A DNA stretch of 64,000 bases from an uncultured Nitrospiraceae bacterium (GCA_964402555.1 CAYOCT010000004.1:4124-68123), one strand, 5' to 3'; counted from the first letter of the stretch, positions 26,199 through 36,156 are shown. Notes: generated from the sequence alone by a model not told the origin. Translations and numbers: made by a program.

Positions 26199-27677
26199 AT
26201 GTATCGAACCTTATGCCTGGGAATCGTGTTTGTAGCATGCGTATCGGCGTCCGCCGCACGGGCGGAAGGCCCGCGTCGAATCTTGCTCGCAGGCGACAGT
26301 TGGACGCATTTCATGTTCTTCGACGGGACGTTCCGCGACGTCCTCGACGAACGCGGTTTCACGGACGTCGACTTCATGAATATCGCGCTCGGAGGCACGA
26401 AAGCCTCGCAATGGGCCTCGCCGTTCAAACTCGAGAACACGCGCGGGTATCTTGAAGCCAGCCCGGATATTGACGTGGTATTCATGACGCTCGGCGGCAA
26501 TGACTTGATGTACGGCGAACCGACAAGCTGGTTCGAAAACCACGAGACCCCCGAACAGGAGGATGCGTTCTTCACCTGGATCGCCGACAACGTGGCGGCC
26601 GTCGCGCGCAACATCGTGGAAACGCGTCCCAATATTCACGTCGTTATTTGCGGATACGATTACGTCAACGCCATCAAGAAGGCGGGCAACGACTGCTCGA
26701 CCTCGCCGGAGACGGCGCTCATCATGTGCAATCTGGTCAATGAGGCGATGATCCGCTGCGAGAAAAAGGTCGCGCAGACCGTTAGCGGCATCGAGCGCTG
26801 CCGGTTCGTCAACAATTACGGCGTCTTGCAGCACGAACTCGGATATCCCGGCAGTGTCATTCCCACATGGCTGAGCCCATGGGCCGGCGAGTGCAAGCAT
26901 GCCCCGCATTGGGACCCCACCGGCGTCGACGCGTTCCGCTTCGGCCCCGGCGTCGTGCCGCTGCCCGGCCAACTGGAAGACAATTACACGCCATTCGAAG
27001 GCGGCGATCCGACATTCAAGAAGAGTCCGTGGGAAGCCATGCTGTTCTACGAAAACCAGTGGGCCGATTTGATCCGCGAGTATGGTCTCGATCCGGCGTT
27101 GCTGGGCATCGACAACATGGGTCCGATTGACGACTGGATTCACCTCAGCGCCTTGGGCCACCAAGTCGTGGTACGCCATTGCTTCGACGTGTGCATTGAA
27201 GACTGGATTGCGCAATACGGCTATCCCCGCGTCGCGTCGGTCGAGCGTACGACGATGAGCCCGGTGTGCTCGATCGAGACCTTCAGTCCGATCGGCGCAT
27301 CGCAAGTGCAATTCAAGGTGACGTTCAATCAGCCGGTCACCGGTGTGGATGAGGGCGATTTCGAACCCGTCATGGCGCGCGGCGTGAGCGGCGCATCGAT
27401 CGCAAGCGTTGAGGAACTTAAGGACGGGTCTACGTACATTGTGGCCGTGGATACCGGCAGCGGCGACGGCACGTTGGGCCTCGCGGTGCGCGACAATGAT
27501 ACGATTCAAGGCACGGACGGCCAGCCGTTGTGGGGCATCGGCCACAGCATGAACTGGGCGCCGGGCGAGGCGTACCAGGTAGTGCGCGGTGCGGGCGTTC
27601 CGGTCGTGGGTTGGCCATTGGCGGGGTTCCTGCTGGCCGCGGGCGCCGCGGCACTGCGCCGGCGCAACGCCGCGTAG
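26199..27677 (+). CDS. SGNH/GDSL hydrolase-family secreted protein with a PEP-CTERM-like C-terminal TM anchor and basic tail
   Basis: 492-aa ORF with a signal peptide, a GDSx block (ILLAGDSWTHF) and an LGGND block. The C-terminus VPVVGWPLAGFLLAAGAAALRRRNAA is a hydrophobic helix followed by RRR. The 530-aa antisense ORF 26211..27803 is noise. Confidence 0.8.
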   Translation: MYRTLCLGIVFVACVSASAARAEGPRRILLAGDSWTHFMFFDGTFRDVLDERGFTDVDFMNIALGGTKASQWASPFKLENTRGYLEASPDIDVVFMTLGGNDLMYGEPTSWFENHETPEQEDAFFTWIADNVAAVARNIVETRPNIHVVICGYDYVNAIKKAGNDCSTSPETALIMCNLVNEAMIRCEKKVAQTVSGIERCRFVNNYGVLQHELGYPGSVIPTWLSPWAGECKHAPHWDPTGVDAFRFGPGVVPLPGQLEDNYTPFEGGDPTFKKSPWEAMLFYENQWADLIREYGLDPALLGIDNMGPIDDWIHLSALGHQVVVRHCFDVCIEDWIAQYGYPRVASVERTTMSPVCSIETFSPIGASQVQFKVTFNQPVTGVDEGDFEPVMARGVSGASIASVEELKDGSTYIVAVDTGSGDGTLGLAVRDNDTIQGTDGQPLWGIGHSMNWAPGEAYQVVRGAGVPVVGWPLAGFLLAAGAAALRRRNAA

Positions 27678-27781
27678 TGGTTCGTCAGGAGAGCGTTTGA
27701 ACAACGCGGCACGCCAGAGTCTCGCATCGGCGTGCCGCGTTTGCATGTGACGGCAGTCTATCCGATGCCGCCCCGCGCGCA

Positions 27782-28747
27782 TCAGCCTTCCAGGTACGAG
27801 CACTCCTCACTACTGAGGGATATCTCGAGCGCAGGCATCGCTTCGCCAAGATGTGCGGCGTTGCCGGTGCCGACAATCGCAAACGCGGGAAACGGCTGGT
27901 TCAGCACGTACGCAAGAGCGATCTGGCTGGGCGTGCAATTCTTCTTTGCGGCGGCTTCGATGGTGCGTAGCAGCCGCGCTCGATTCGAAGGCGTATCGTA
28001 TTCGCGCGCCTTGGGCGCTTCGCCTTGAAATCCGTTTGCTGCCCACGCGGCGTTCGCCGCGCCGAAGAAACCTCGCGCTTGCGCCGTATACGCCGCGAGC
28101 GAAAACGCGCGCTCGACATGCCACGCGTGCATTGCGCCGTCGACGTAGCGCATCGGTGAAGGCGCGTTGGGATCCGTCCCGTGGGCGGCCAGCGCCCAGC
28201 CGCATTGATTCGCGGCCAGTCGTGGCAAGCCGTGCGCGTCGGCGTACGCATTCGCGGCGTCCATCCGCTCCGTGGTCCAGTTCGACGCCGCATAGCATCC
28301 GATGCGTCCGTCGCGCATCAACGCCGCGAGCGTTTCGATCATCTCGCCAACGGGCCGATCCGGGTCGTCGCGGTGCAGCCAGTACACATCGACCGAATCG
28401 ACGCCGAGCCGGTCCAGGCTTTCCTCGATGTCCCGTTCGATATCGGCCTTGCCGCCGCGGCCGAGGTGCATGGCATCCAGCGGCGGATGCGCGCCCTTCG
28501 TCGCGAGCACGACTGCGTCCCGCGCGCCGTGGGCGCGAATCCATTCGCCGACCGTCCGCTCGCTCGCGCCCCACCCGTCCTCGATCCAGGCCGCGTAAAT
28601 ATGCGCGGTATCGATGAAGTTGCCGCCAGCGGCGGCATACGCGTCCATCACCGCGAAGCTGGCGGGTCTCGATATTTCGGAACCGAATCCCGCCGTGCCG
28701 AGAACGATGCGCGAGGGAACGATACGTGTGCGGAAAAGAGAATCCAT
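27782..28747 (-). CDS. aldo/keto reductase family oxidoreductase
   Basis: 321-aa ORF with the typical AKR N-terminus (LGTAGFGSEISRPASFAVMDAYAAAGGNFIDTAHIYA) and AKR-like blocks throughout. Confidence 0.85.
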   Translation of the reverse strand: MDSLFRTRIVPSRIVLGTAGFGSEISRPASFAVMDAYAAAGGNFIDTAHIYAAWIEDGWGASERTVGEWIRAHGARDAVVLATKGAHPPLDAMHLGRGGKADIERDIEESLDRLGVDSVDVYWLHRDDPDRPVGEMIETLAALMRDGRIGCYAASNWTTERMDAANAYADAHGLPRLAANQCGWALAAHGTDPNAPSPMRYVDGAMHAWHVERAFSLAAYTAQARGFFGAANAAWAANGFQGEAPKAREYDTPSNRARLLRTIEAAAKKNCTPSQIALAYVLNQPFPAFAIVGTGNAAHLGEAMPALEISLSSEECSYLEG

Positions 28748-28760
28748 GAGGCGCTCCAGG

Positions 28761-30167
28761 TTACCGGATTTGGATGCGGATGGTGTCGGGCGGTGAAGCG
28801 ATCGAGAAACTTCCGCCTCCCTGCAACGCTTCGGGCTTCTCCGGATCGATGTAGTAAAGCGAATACGTGTCGTTGGGGAGATAGACCGTGGCGGCCCGTC
28901 CCGCCGGGATCGTTAAGTCGCGGCCCCGTTTGGCGGCCGTGCGCAACGCTACTTTCAACTCCGAAGTCGTGCCATTCATGAGCACCACGTCATGCGGTCC
29001 TTTGGCGATGCCCTGCGTGTAGCGGGGGAACTTGGCCTTGCGCACGCGTTCGGGCGGCGGATTACTCGAACCCACACGCACTACGGAAGGCTTCTTGGCC
29101 TGCTCGGCATCTGCGTTTTCTACGTCCGGTTCCTCGCCAGCCGCAACCACCGTGGATTCGGCCGCCGCTTCCGAACCGTCTTCCACGGGTTCGTCTTCCG
29201 CCTTGGCCGAGGCCGCCTTCTCCGGTGAAGGCTGGGTTTCGTCCTCGGTCAATTCGGCCATCATTTCCAGCGGAGCGTACGACTTTGGCGGATACGTCAG
29301 ATTCGTCATACGATCGAGCGTGTCCTTGTGAAATCGCGCCACGAACGCCGCCTTGTCCGGGAACTTCCAGCGGACGATCGTGTCGCCCCCGATCACGCCC
29401 GAAAGCAGCGCGCCGTCTTTGCCCACCACCTCGCGGACTTCCTCATAGGTCATACCCAGTTTGAGCTTGCTGTACTTCGTGACGGAATCGTCTTCAGAAG
29501 GAGGCTCTGCCACGCGTGCGGGTTCCTTCACAGGAACAGGCTCTGCGGGTTTCGGCGCCGGGACCGGCTCTTCCGGCGGTTTGACGGGCGCCGGAGGCGG
29601 CGTGGCAACCGCGACTTCGACGGACGGCGACGGAGCGGGTGTCTCGATGGGCGGACGCGTCTGTTCCGGAGCGGAGACGTGCGGGAGCCAGGGGCTCAAC
29701 AGAATCGTCAACACCCCCAACGGGATCATGACGATCAAGAGAGGCCATCCTCCCGCCACGCCCACTTTGGGCCGCGCGGCACGGCCGCCAGTCCGGGCCG
29801 CAGGCCGGATATGCGGGTCTTCTTCGATAAGGATTTCATCGAGGATGGGACCTGACGGGCCTTCGGACTTGGGCCGTTGCAGCAGCACGACTATCGGCCC
29901 CATCACCGGAACTAATCCCCAAAGGGCCGCCAGTGGATTCCGTCCTTTCGCCATGACATACAGGGCAAGCCCGAGTGTGAGAACCGCCGTTCCGGCCACC
30001 GCGATGGCTACCGTCCCTTCAAGAAGCCCGTACAGTTGGACGAGAAATCCCGCGACACCCAACAGCATTCCCGCGATATGCCCATGCTTGACCATAGCTG
30101 CCCTTCGGACCGCCGCGCCCATGAATTCGATCCTGTTGAGTATGATACGATCCACGGGCCTTTTCAA
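28761..30167 (-). CDS. hypothetical membrane protein with a Pro-rich linker
   Basis: 468-aa ORF with several N-terminal TM helices, a PAPxP-rich segment and an acidic low-complexity region. There are no enzyme motifs. The start is uncertain. Confidence 0.5.
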   Translation of the reverse strand: MKRPVDRIILNRIEFMGAAVRRAAMVKHGHIAGMLLGVAGFLVQLYGLLEGTVAIAVAGTAVLTLGLALYVMAKGRNPLAALWGLVPVMGPIVVLLQRPKSEGPSGPILDEILIEEDPHIRPAARTGGRAARPKVGVAGGWPLLIVMIPLGVLTILLSPWLPHVSAPEQTRPPIETPAPSPSVEVAVATPPPAPVKPPEEPVPAPKPAEPVPVKEPARVAEPPSEDDSVTKYSKLKLGMTYEEVREVVGKDGALLSGVIGGDTIVRWKFPDKAAFVARFHKDTLDRMTNLTYPPKSYAPLEMMAELTEDETQPSPEKAASAKAEDEPVEDGSEAAAESTVVAAGEEPDVENADAEQAKKPSVVRVGSSNPPPERVRKAKFPRYTQGIAKGPHDVVLMNGTTSELKVALRTAAKRGRDLTIPAGRAATVYLPNDTYSLYYIDPEKPEALQGGGSFSIASPPDTIRIQIR

Positions 30168-30185
30168 GAGCGAACAGTCCGTGCC

Positions 30186-30971
30186 TCAGGTGCTCAAGGT
30201 GTCGTCGTCCGCCTGATCCTGCCATGCGCCCCACGAAGGACGATGGGTCGCGAACTCGACAAAGCCTGCCTCGCGATAGATGCGCATGGCCGCCGGATCG
30301 GTAGCCCACAGATATAGCGGCGCGAGCGAGATTGACGGATAGTCGAGGACCATGCGGTGAATCAAGGCCCGGCAGTAGCCCCGTTCGCGATGCGCAGGAT
30401 GCGTCATCACGTTATCGACGCGCGCGCAGCTTCCCACAACCTCGAACGAAGCAAGTGTCACGGCCTTCCCCGCGACGCGGCCCACGAACAAGTGGAAGGC
30501 CTCGTGACGCAGGTGCCGGTACAAAACGCGTACGGTGCGGTCGCTACCCTGGACCGAATGCAAGAGTTCGGCGATGGAAGTATCCATGCCGCGGGCCCGC
30601 TCGACGGAAACCTCCGGCGCGGCAACGATTGACGAAGGGCTTGCCCAATGGAAATAGTGGTCCTCGTACTCCTCGCATGTGAAACCGTGGTGCTCTAAGT
30701 GAGGCCTGAGCGTAGGCCACTCGTCCGGCAGAAACGCGGGATACAGACGCGGCGTCAGACACCTTGCCCGATAGAAGTCCGCAATATCCGCGATGGCCCA
30801 GTCAAGATCTCCGTTCAAACGCAGGATCAACGCATGATTGCTGTCGTTCGACAACGGATTGCCCGGGTTGCAGAACAGACGGCCGTACGCCGTCTCGCGC
30901 ACCGGGGTAAAGCGCGACGGGAACTCTCGCTCACAGGCGTACATGGATTCCAGATCGATCATGGCGCACAT
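30186..30971 (-). CDS. GNAT family N-acetyltransferase
   Basis: 261-aa ORF. The C-terminal half (LFVGRVAGKAVTLASFEVVGSCARVDNVMTHPAHRERGYCRALIHRMVLD) carries the GNAT motif A pattern. Confidence 0.6.
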   Translation of the reverse strand: MCAMIDLESMYACEREFPSRFTPVRETAYGRLFCNPGNPLSNDSNHALILRLNGDLDWAIADIADFYRARCLTPRLYPAFLPDEWPTLRPHLEHHGFTCEEYEDHYFHWASPSSIVAAPEVSVERARGMDTSIAELLHSVQGSDRTVRVLYRHLRHEAFHLFVGRVAGKAVTLASFEVVGSCARVDNVMTHPAHRERGYCRALIHRMVLDYPSISLAPLYLWATDPAAMRIYREAGFVEFATHRPSWGAWQDQADDDTLST

Positions 30972-31082
30972 AGTTTCTCGATCCTATAGCGGTGGATTGC
31001 GCAGATCAACGAGACCCGCAAGATGGCTTGCCCGCAGAAGCTCCAAGCCGTCCACGAACAAAGAGTCACGTTTCGGCAAAGG

Positions 31083-31127
31083 CCTTATAGGTCCTATACG
31101 ACCTATACGTCCTATACGTCCCATACC
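31083..31127. repeat. tandem 9-bp repeats (CCTATACGW x4-5) in a divergent promoter region
   Basis: ccttatagg tcctatacg acctatacg tcctatacg tcccatacc, read directly. It lies between the divergent GNAT (minus) and UroD-family (plus) genes. Confidence 0.6.
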
Positions 31128-31196
31128 CTAAGGTTGACGCAGCCCATCCGTTTGAGGAACCATGATGAAAAGCAACGGCCATTCAGGAGGAACTTC

Positions 31197-32255
31197 ATGC
31201 GCAAGGAAACCATGTCGCCGAGAGAACGCTGGCTGGCGGTGCTTCGCCGCGAGAAGCCGGACCGCGTGCCCATGGACATCTGGGCCACCTCGGAAGCCAT
31301 TCAACGTATCGAATCCCACCTCGGCGCCGGATGGGACACCATTCTCAAAGACCTCCACATCGACACGCCGTTTACGGTGAGCGGCAGGTACGTTGGCCCG
31401 CCGCCGAAAAAGGGTGAGGACATCTGGGGCATCCGGCATCGCATTGTCGACTATGGCACGGGCGTTTACGACGAAGCCGCGACCGCGCCCCTGGCCCGGT
31501 TCGACAGCGTCGAGGCGATCGAGGCGGAATACACATGGCCGGACCCCGACCACTGGGATTACAGCCACCTAGCCGAGGCCATCAAGGGACACGAGCGCGA
31601 CATTATCCGGGGGGGCGGATCCGAACCGTTCTATCAGTACAAATTCCTGCGTGGCGACACACAGGCGTTCCTCGACCTGATCGAATACCCCGACATCGCC
31701 CACTACATTCTTGGCAAACTCTTCGAATTGTCCTATCAGAACACGCTGCGCATTTTCGATGCGATCCCAGGCCAAGTTTCGATCACCTACGTGGCTGAGG
31801 ATCTCGGAGCGCAGGACAGCCTCATGTATTCGCCCGAACAGATCCGCGAGTTTCTCCTGCCGGGCATGAAGCGTATGATGGACCTGACGCGCCAAAACGG
31901 CTCGTTCGTCTTCACCCACACGGACGGAGCGTGCCGCGACGCGCTGCCGGATTTGATTGCCACCGGGACGCAAGTGTTGAATCCGATTCAGTGGCGCTGC
32001 AAGGGCATGGAACGCGAGGGGCTCAAACGGGATTTCGGTGACGCCCTCATCTTCCACGGCGGCGTCGACAATCAGTACACACTGCCCTTCGGCAGCGTGG
32101 ACGAAGTCCGGCAGGAAGTCCTCGACAACTACCGCATTCTTGGCGAGGGCGGCGGCTACATTCTCGCGCCGTGCCATAACATCCAATCCGTCACGCCCCC
32201 AGAAAACGTCATAGCCATGTACGAGACGGGTTACGACTACGGCTGGCAGGACTGA
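31197..32255 (+). CDS. uroporphyrinogen decarboxylase (URO-D) family protein
   Basis: ORF 31023..32255 was trimmed to MRKETMSPRERWLAVLRREKPDRVPMDIWA..., the typical URO-D/MtaA-family N-terminus. AGGAGG sits 6 nt upstream of the chosen ATG. Confidence 0.75.
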   Translation: MRKETMSPRERWLAVLRREKPDRVPMDIWATSEAIQRIESHLGAGWDTILKDLHIDTPFTVSGRYVGPPPKKGEDIWGIRHRIVDYGTGVYDEAATAPLARFDSVEAIEAEYTWPDPDHWDYSHLAEAIKGHERDIIRGGGSEPFYQYKFLRGDTQAFLDLIEYPDIAHYILGKLFELSYQNTLRIFDAIPGQVSITYVAEDLGAQDSLMYSPEQIREFLLPGMKRMMDLTRQNGSFVFTHTDGACRDALPDLIATGTQVLNPIQWRCKGMEREGLKRDFGDALIFHGGVDNQYTLPFGSVDEVRQEVLDNYRILGEGGGYILAPCHNIQSVTPPENVIAMYETGYDYGWQD

Positions 32256-32287
32256 CGTCGGCCATTCGGAATACGAGTTGATGCCAA

Positions 32288-32368
32288 ATCGTGATCGTGA
32301 TCGTGGTCGTAATCGTAATCGATCACGAACCTGCCGATTACGACCACGATCACGATCACGATCACGAC
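32288..32368. terminator. long hairpin built from hexamer repeats (CGTGAT/CGTAAT)n, placed between convergent genes; candidate bidirectional terminator
   Basis: atcgtgatcgtgatcgtggtcgtaatcgtaatcg ... cgattacgaccacgatcacgatcacgatcacgac form imperfect ~30-bp arms. It starts 33 nt after the UroD-family stop and lies upstream of the convergent minus-strand gene end. Confidence 0.5.
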
Positions 32369-32500
32369 TAAAATCAAGACAACCTGTTGGTATCTATCTC
32401 CCGTATGATGCGCCGTGCTATTGGCGTTCTGTGCCCCCATGTCGATTCATGGATTCCGCTACGTCTGCGTAGCGTCCTGCTCGCTATTCCGCCGCCCCAT

Positions 32501-32962
32501 TCACACCACGTTGTACTGCCGGAAATGGTGATGGAAATGCACTCCATGGATCTTCGCGAAGTAGCGCAACGGCTGCGCCCCCACGAGCGGGTTGACCTCG
32601 AGCCGGTCGGGGGAGGCGGCGGCTTCGGCCAGAAAGCGGTCCAGCGCCGCAATAAGCTTCTGGCGTTCCTCGTTGAGATCTCCTTCGGGGGGCGGCGTGA
32701 GTTCCGCGGGCGCTTTCACCCGCTTCGGCCACGTCGTGAACCTTTCGAAAAACAGCCACTTCAGCAACGTCCGTACCAGCGGTACGCTCCGGTCCTTCGG
32801 TTTCGGTCCGCCCTCAAGGGTCGACTCGACCGAGTAACGCAGATGCCGCATCAGCCCGGCAGGCGTCAGCTTGCCCCACCGCCGCTGCTGTTCCGATTCG
32901 ATGCGCCCGAGACGCTCGACAAAGTACGGCAAGTTCGCGCTGGTCAATTCCGGTATCGGCAT
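32501..32962 (-). CDS. DinB/YfiT-like (DUF1569-type) metal-dependent family protein
   Basis: 153-aa ORF. The His-rich C-terminus (FAKIHGVHFHHHFRQ) and overall length fit the DinB_2 superfamily. This is a weak call. Confidence 0.4.
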   Translation of the reverse strand: MPIPELTSANLPYFVERLGRIESEQQRRWGKLTPAGLMRHLRYSVESTLEGGPKPKDRSVPLVRTLLKWLFFERFTTWPKRVKAPAELTPPPEGDLNEERQKLIAALDRFLAEAAASPDRLEVNPLVGAQPLRYFAKIHGVHFHHHFRQYNVV

Positions 32963-33023
32963 GGTTCAGCCCTTCCTCAAGTGAGGGGGCGCATCGCGTT
33001 GCCCGCGCCCCGCGGAAACGCGA

Positions 33024-33767
33024 CTAAGCTGCGCTGGACTGAGCGGCGGGACGTTCAAGATCGAAGCCGCGCGTCTCGCAACGCTGCACGAGCGGTTCGA
33101 TTTCGGAGTAGATCGGGAGCAGCCACGCGCTCGAATGCGGCTCGAACTCGAGGCGCGGATCGGGCCGGTCCTGCGACGCCAGCGCCGCGTTACGCCGGTA
33201 TTGCTGCAACACGAACCGGCGCGCGCCGCGAATGCGCTTCGCGATCGCGTGAACGTCGGCGTGCGTCAATTGCGGCACCACCGTCGTGCGGAACTCGTAG
33301 TCGGTCGCGCCGGACAGCAGCAGGTCGATGCTTTCATTGATGGCGCGGTGGTCTACCGCGAACCCGCAGATCGCCTCGTACTTGCCGAGCGGCGCTTTGA
33401 TGTCCATGGCCACATAGTCGGGCAGGCCCTCCTCGATCAACTCGCGCAAGACCTCCGGATGGGACCCGTTGGTGTCGAGCTTGACGAGGAATCCGCGCGC
33501 GCGGACTTCGCGGATGAATTCGGCCAATCCCTTCTGGAGGGTCGGTTCGCCGCCGCTGACCACCGCCGCTTCGAGGAACCCCCTGCGCTCGTCCAGCCAG
33601 GAAAGAGCCGTTTCCGGCGTCAACCATGAAGACGGTTCAGGATTTCCCAGCAAAAGCCGGTTGTGGCAGAAATAACAATCCCAATTACATCCTGGCGTGA
33701 AGAATACTGCGGCCAGGCGGCCCGGATAGTCGACGAAGGAGCACTTCTCGATACCGGCGATTTTCAT
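33024..33767 (-). CDS. nrdG: anaerobic ribonucleoside-triphosphate reductase activating protein (radical SAM)
   Basis: 247-aa ORF with CNWDCYFCHN (CxxxCxxC) and GGEP (VVSGGEPTLQ). It is directly downstream of and overlapping nrdD. Confidence 0.85.
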   Translation of the reverse strand: MKIAGIEKCSFVDYPGRLAAVFFTPGCNWDCYFCHNRLLLGNPEPSSWLTPETALSWLDERRGFLEAAVVSGGEPTLQKGLAEFIREVRARGFLVKLDTNGSHPEVLRELIEEGLPDYVAMDIKAPLGKYEAICGFAVDHRAINESIDLLLSGATDYEFRTTVVPQLTHADVHAIAKRIRGARRFVLQQYRRNAALASQDRPDPRLEFEPHSSAWLLPIYSEIEPLVQRCETRGFDLERPAAQSSAA

Positions 33768-35914
33768 GCCAGGACTTCCGCCACATCGAGTTCCGCGGCG
33801 CCCGTCGGGTCCGCTTCGGTCTCGAACGCGAAGGCCGGCACCGTGAACTTCTTCCGGTCCTGGTACTCCTGGCGTTTGCCGTCATTGTAGTTCGCCAGTG
33901 GCCGCAGGTACCCCGTGACGCGCGACCAGACCTCGGTCACGCCGCCGCACTGCGGACAGGCGAAATGCTCGCCCTTGAGATAGCCGTGCGAGTTGCAGAC
34001 GCTGAACGTCGGCGTGATCGACAAGTACGGAAGTTTGAACTGGCGGAATACCTGCTGGATGAAACGCTTGCACACTTCGGGGTCTTCAATGCTCTCGCCG
34101 ATGTACGCATGCAGGACCGTGCCGCCCGTGTACATCGACTGCAATTCGTCCTGCAACCGCAGGACCTCGAACACGTCGTCCGAGTAGCCCACGGGCAATT
34201 GCGTCGAGTTGGTGTAATACGGCGTGCCGTTGCCAGCCGCGATGATATCGGGATAGCGGCTCTTATCGAGCCGCGCGAGTCGATACGACGTGCCCTCGGC
34301 CGGCGTCGCCTCGAGGTTGTACACGTGCCCGGTCTCGGCCTGGATCTCGCGCAGGAGATCGCGGAGAAAATCCATGATCTCCATCGCGAACACCTGGCCC
34401 TCTTGCGTGGTCAGGTCCTGCCCCGAGAAATTCATCAGCGCCTCGTTCATGCCTACGATGCCGATGGTGCTGAAATGATTGTGCCAATACTCGCCCGTGC
34501 GTTCCTTCACGTGCCGCAGGTAATGCGTCGAGTACGGATACAGCCCGCGGTCGCTCTGCTGCTCGATGACTTTGCGTTTGAGTTCGAGCGACGCGCGCCC
34601 CACTTGCACCAGCCGCCACAGGCGCGCCTTGAACTCGCGTACCGACGACGACAGATACGCGATGCGCGGCAAGTTGATCGTGAACACGCCGACGGACCCC
34701 GTCAGCGGATTGCTGCCGAACAGGCCGCCGCCGCGTTTGCGTAATTCCTTTGTATCCAGCCGCAGCCGGCAGCACATCGACACCGCGTCTTCCGGCGACA
34801 GATCCGAGTTGACGTAGTTCGCGAAATACGGGATGCCGTACTTGCAGGTGATCCGCATAAAGGCATTGACCGATCGCGAATTCCAATCGAAATCCTTCGT
34901 GACGTTGATCGTGGGGATCGGGAACGTGAACACGCGGCCCTTCGCGTCGCCCTGGATCATAACTTCGCAGAACGCCTCGTTGAACAGGTCCATCTCGGCC
35001 TGGAAGTCGCCGTACGTGTCCTCCATCAATTCGCCGCCGCAAATCACGGCCTGGTCGCGCAACGTCGAAGGCACGGTCAGGTCGAAGGTCAGGTTCGAGA
35101 ATGGGCATTGGAACCCGACGCGCGTCGGCACGTTGATGTTGAAGATGAACTCTTGCAGGCATTGCTTGATCTGCTCGAACGTCAACTTGTCGTACCGCAC
35201 AAACGGGGCGCAGTACGTATCGAAGCTCGACCACGCTTGCGCGCCCGCGGTCTCGCCCTGCGTTGTGAACGTCGAGTTCGTGATCTGCCCGAGGAACGAC
35301 CGCAGATGCTTCGCCGGAGAACTCTCGACCTTGCCCGGCACGCCGCCGAACCCTTCCATAAGAAGCTGGCGCAGATCCCAGCCCGCGCAATACGGCCCGA
35401 GGAATCCGAGGTCGTGGATGTGTGCGTCGCCGTTGTCGTGTGCCTCGCGGATCTCCGCCGAATACACTTCGTGAAGCCAGTAGTTCTTCGTGAAGAATTC
35501 GCGCACGTAATTGTTCAGCCCGTTCACGCTCTTCTGCGTGTTCGCATTTTCCTTGATGCGCCAGTCCTGGTCGGTCAAATAGCCCGAGAACATCTCAATG
35601 GTTGCGCCAATCAGCGCGTTCAGATTGCGGGCGCTGGTTCGCTTCTCGCGATAGAGGATGTAGGCCTTCGCGGTTTTCGCGTGGCCGTTCTTGATCAAGA
35701 CCCGCTCGACGATATCCTGGATGCCTTCGACGTCCGGCGTCCGGCTGTCGTCGAATTCCGCCGCGATCGATTCGACGACCTGCCTGCACAATCGATCGGC
35801 CAGTTCGTAGTCTTCCCCGCCGCACGCGCGCGCCGCCTTGAGGATCGCCTGGGTGATCTTCTCCGCGCAGAATGCTTCGACCGCGCCGTCCCGTTTACGA
35901 ATGCACTGCACCAT
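33764..35914 (-). CDS. nrdD: anaerobic ribonucleoside-triphosphate reductase
   Basis: ORF 33764..36088 was trimmed to MVQCIRKRDGAVEAFCAEKITQAILKAAR (ATP-cone start) with GGAAGGAGAAACGGGG upstream. The glycyl-radical C-terminus and Zn ribbon are present (CPQCGG ... RVTGYLRP). Confidence 0.9.
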   Translation of the reverse strand: MVQCIRKRDGAVEAFCAEKITQAILKAARACGGEDYELADRLCRQVVESIAAEFDDSRTPDVEGIQDIVERVLIKNGHAKTAKAYILYREKRTSARNLNALIGATIEMFSGYLTDQDWRIKENANTQKSVNGLNNYVREFFTKNYWLHEVYSAEIREAHDNGDAHIHDLGFLGPYCAGWDLRQLLMEGFGGVPGKVESSPAKHLRSFLGQITNSTFTTQGETAGAQAWSSFDTYCAPFVRYDKLTFEQIKQCLQEFIFNINVPTRVGFQCPFSNLTFDLTVPSTLRDQAVICGGELMEDTYGDFQAEMDLFNEAFCEVMIQGDAKGRVFTFPIPTINVTKDFDWNSRSVNAFMRITCKYGIPYFANYVNSDLSPEDAVSMCCRLRLDTKELRKRGGGLFGSNPLTGSVGVFTINLPRIAYLSSSVREFKARLWRLVQVGRASLELKRKVIEQQSDRGLYPYSTHYLRHVKERTGEYWHNHFSTIGIVGMNEALMNFSGQDLTTQEGQVFAMEIMDFLRDLLREIQAETGHVYNLEATPAEGTSYRLARLDKSRYPDIIAAGNGTPYYTNSTQLPVGYSDDVFEVLRLQDELQSMYTGGTVLHAYIGESIEDPEVCKRFIQQVFRQFKLPYLSITPTFSVCNSHGYLKGEHFACPQCGGVTEVWSRVTGYLRPLANYNDGKRQEYQDRKKFTVPAFAFETEADPTGAAELDVAEVLA

Positions 35915-36156
35915 CCCCGTTTCTCCTTCCAGCGTCCCATACCGTCGTTCACACGAACGCGGCCCATTTCCCATTCGCAATCGCAACCGCCAAGGTTCCG
36001 CCGCGCGGCACTCGCCGCGCGCCCTGGCGAACGATCTCCCTCGTGACGATTCAACTCCTTCGATAGGCAACGACAAAGCCGCGAACAACCTGTGATTTCG
36101 CGAAGTCTTCTACTCTCCCTTGCCCCACCATCTCCGTGCGCTCTTTCGAGCACGAA

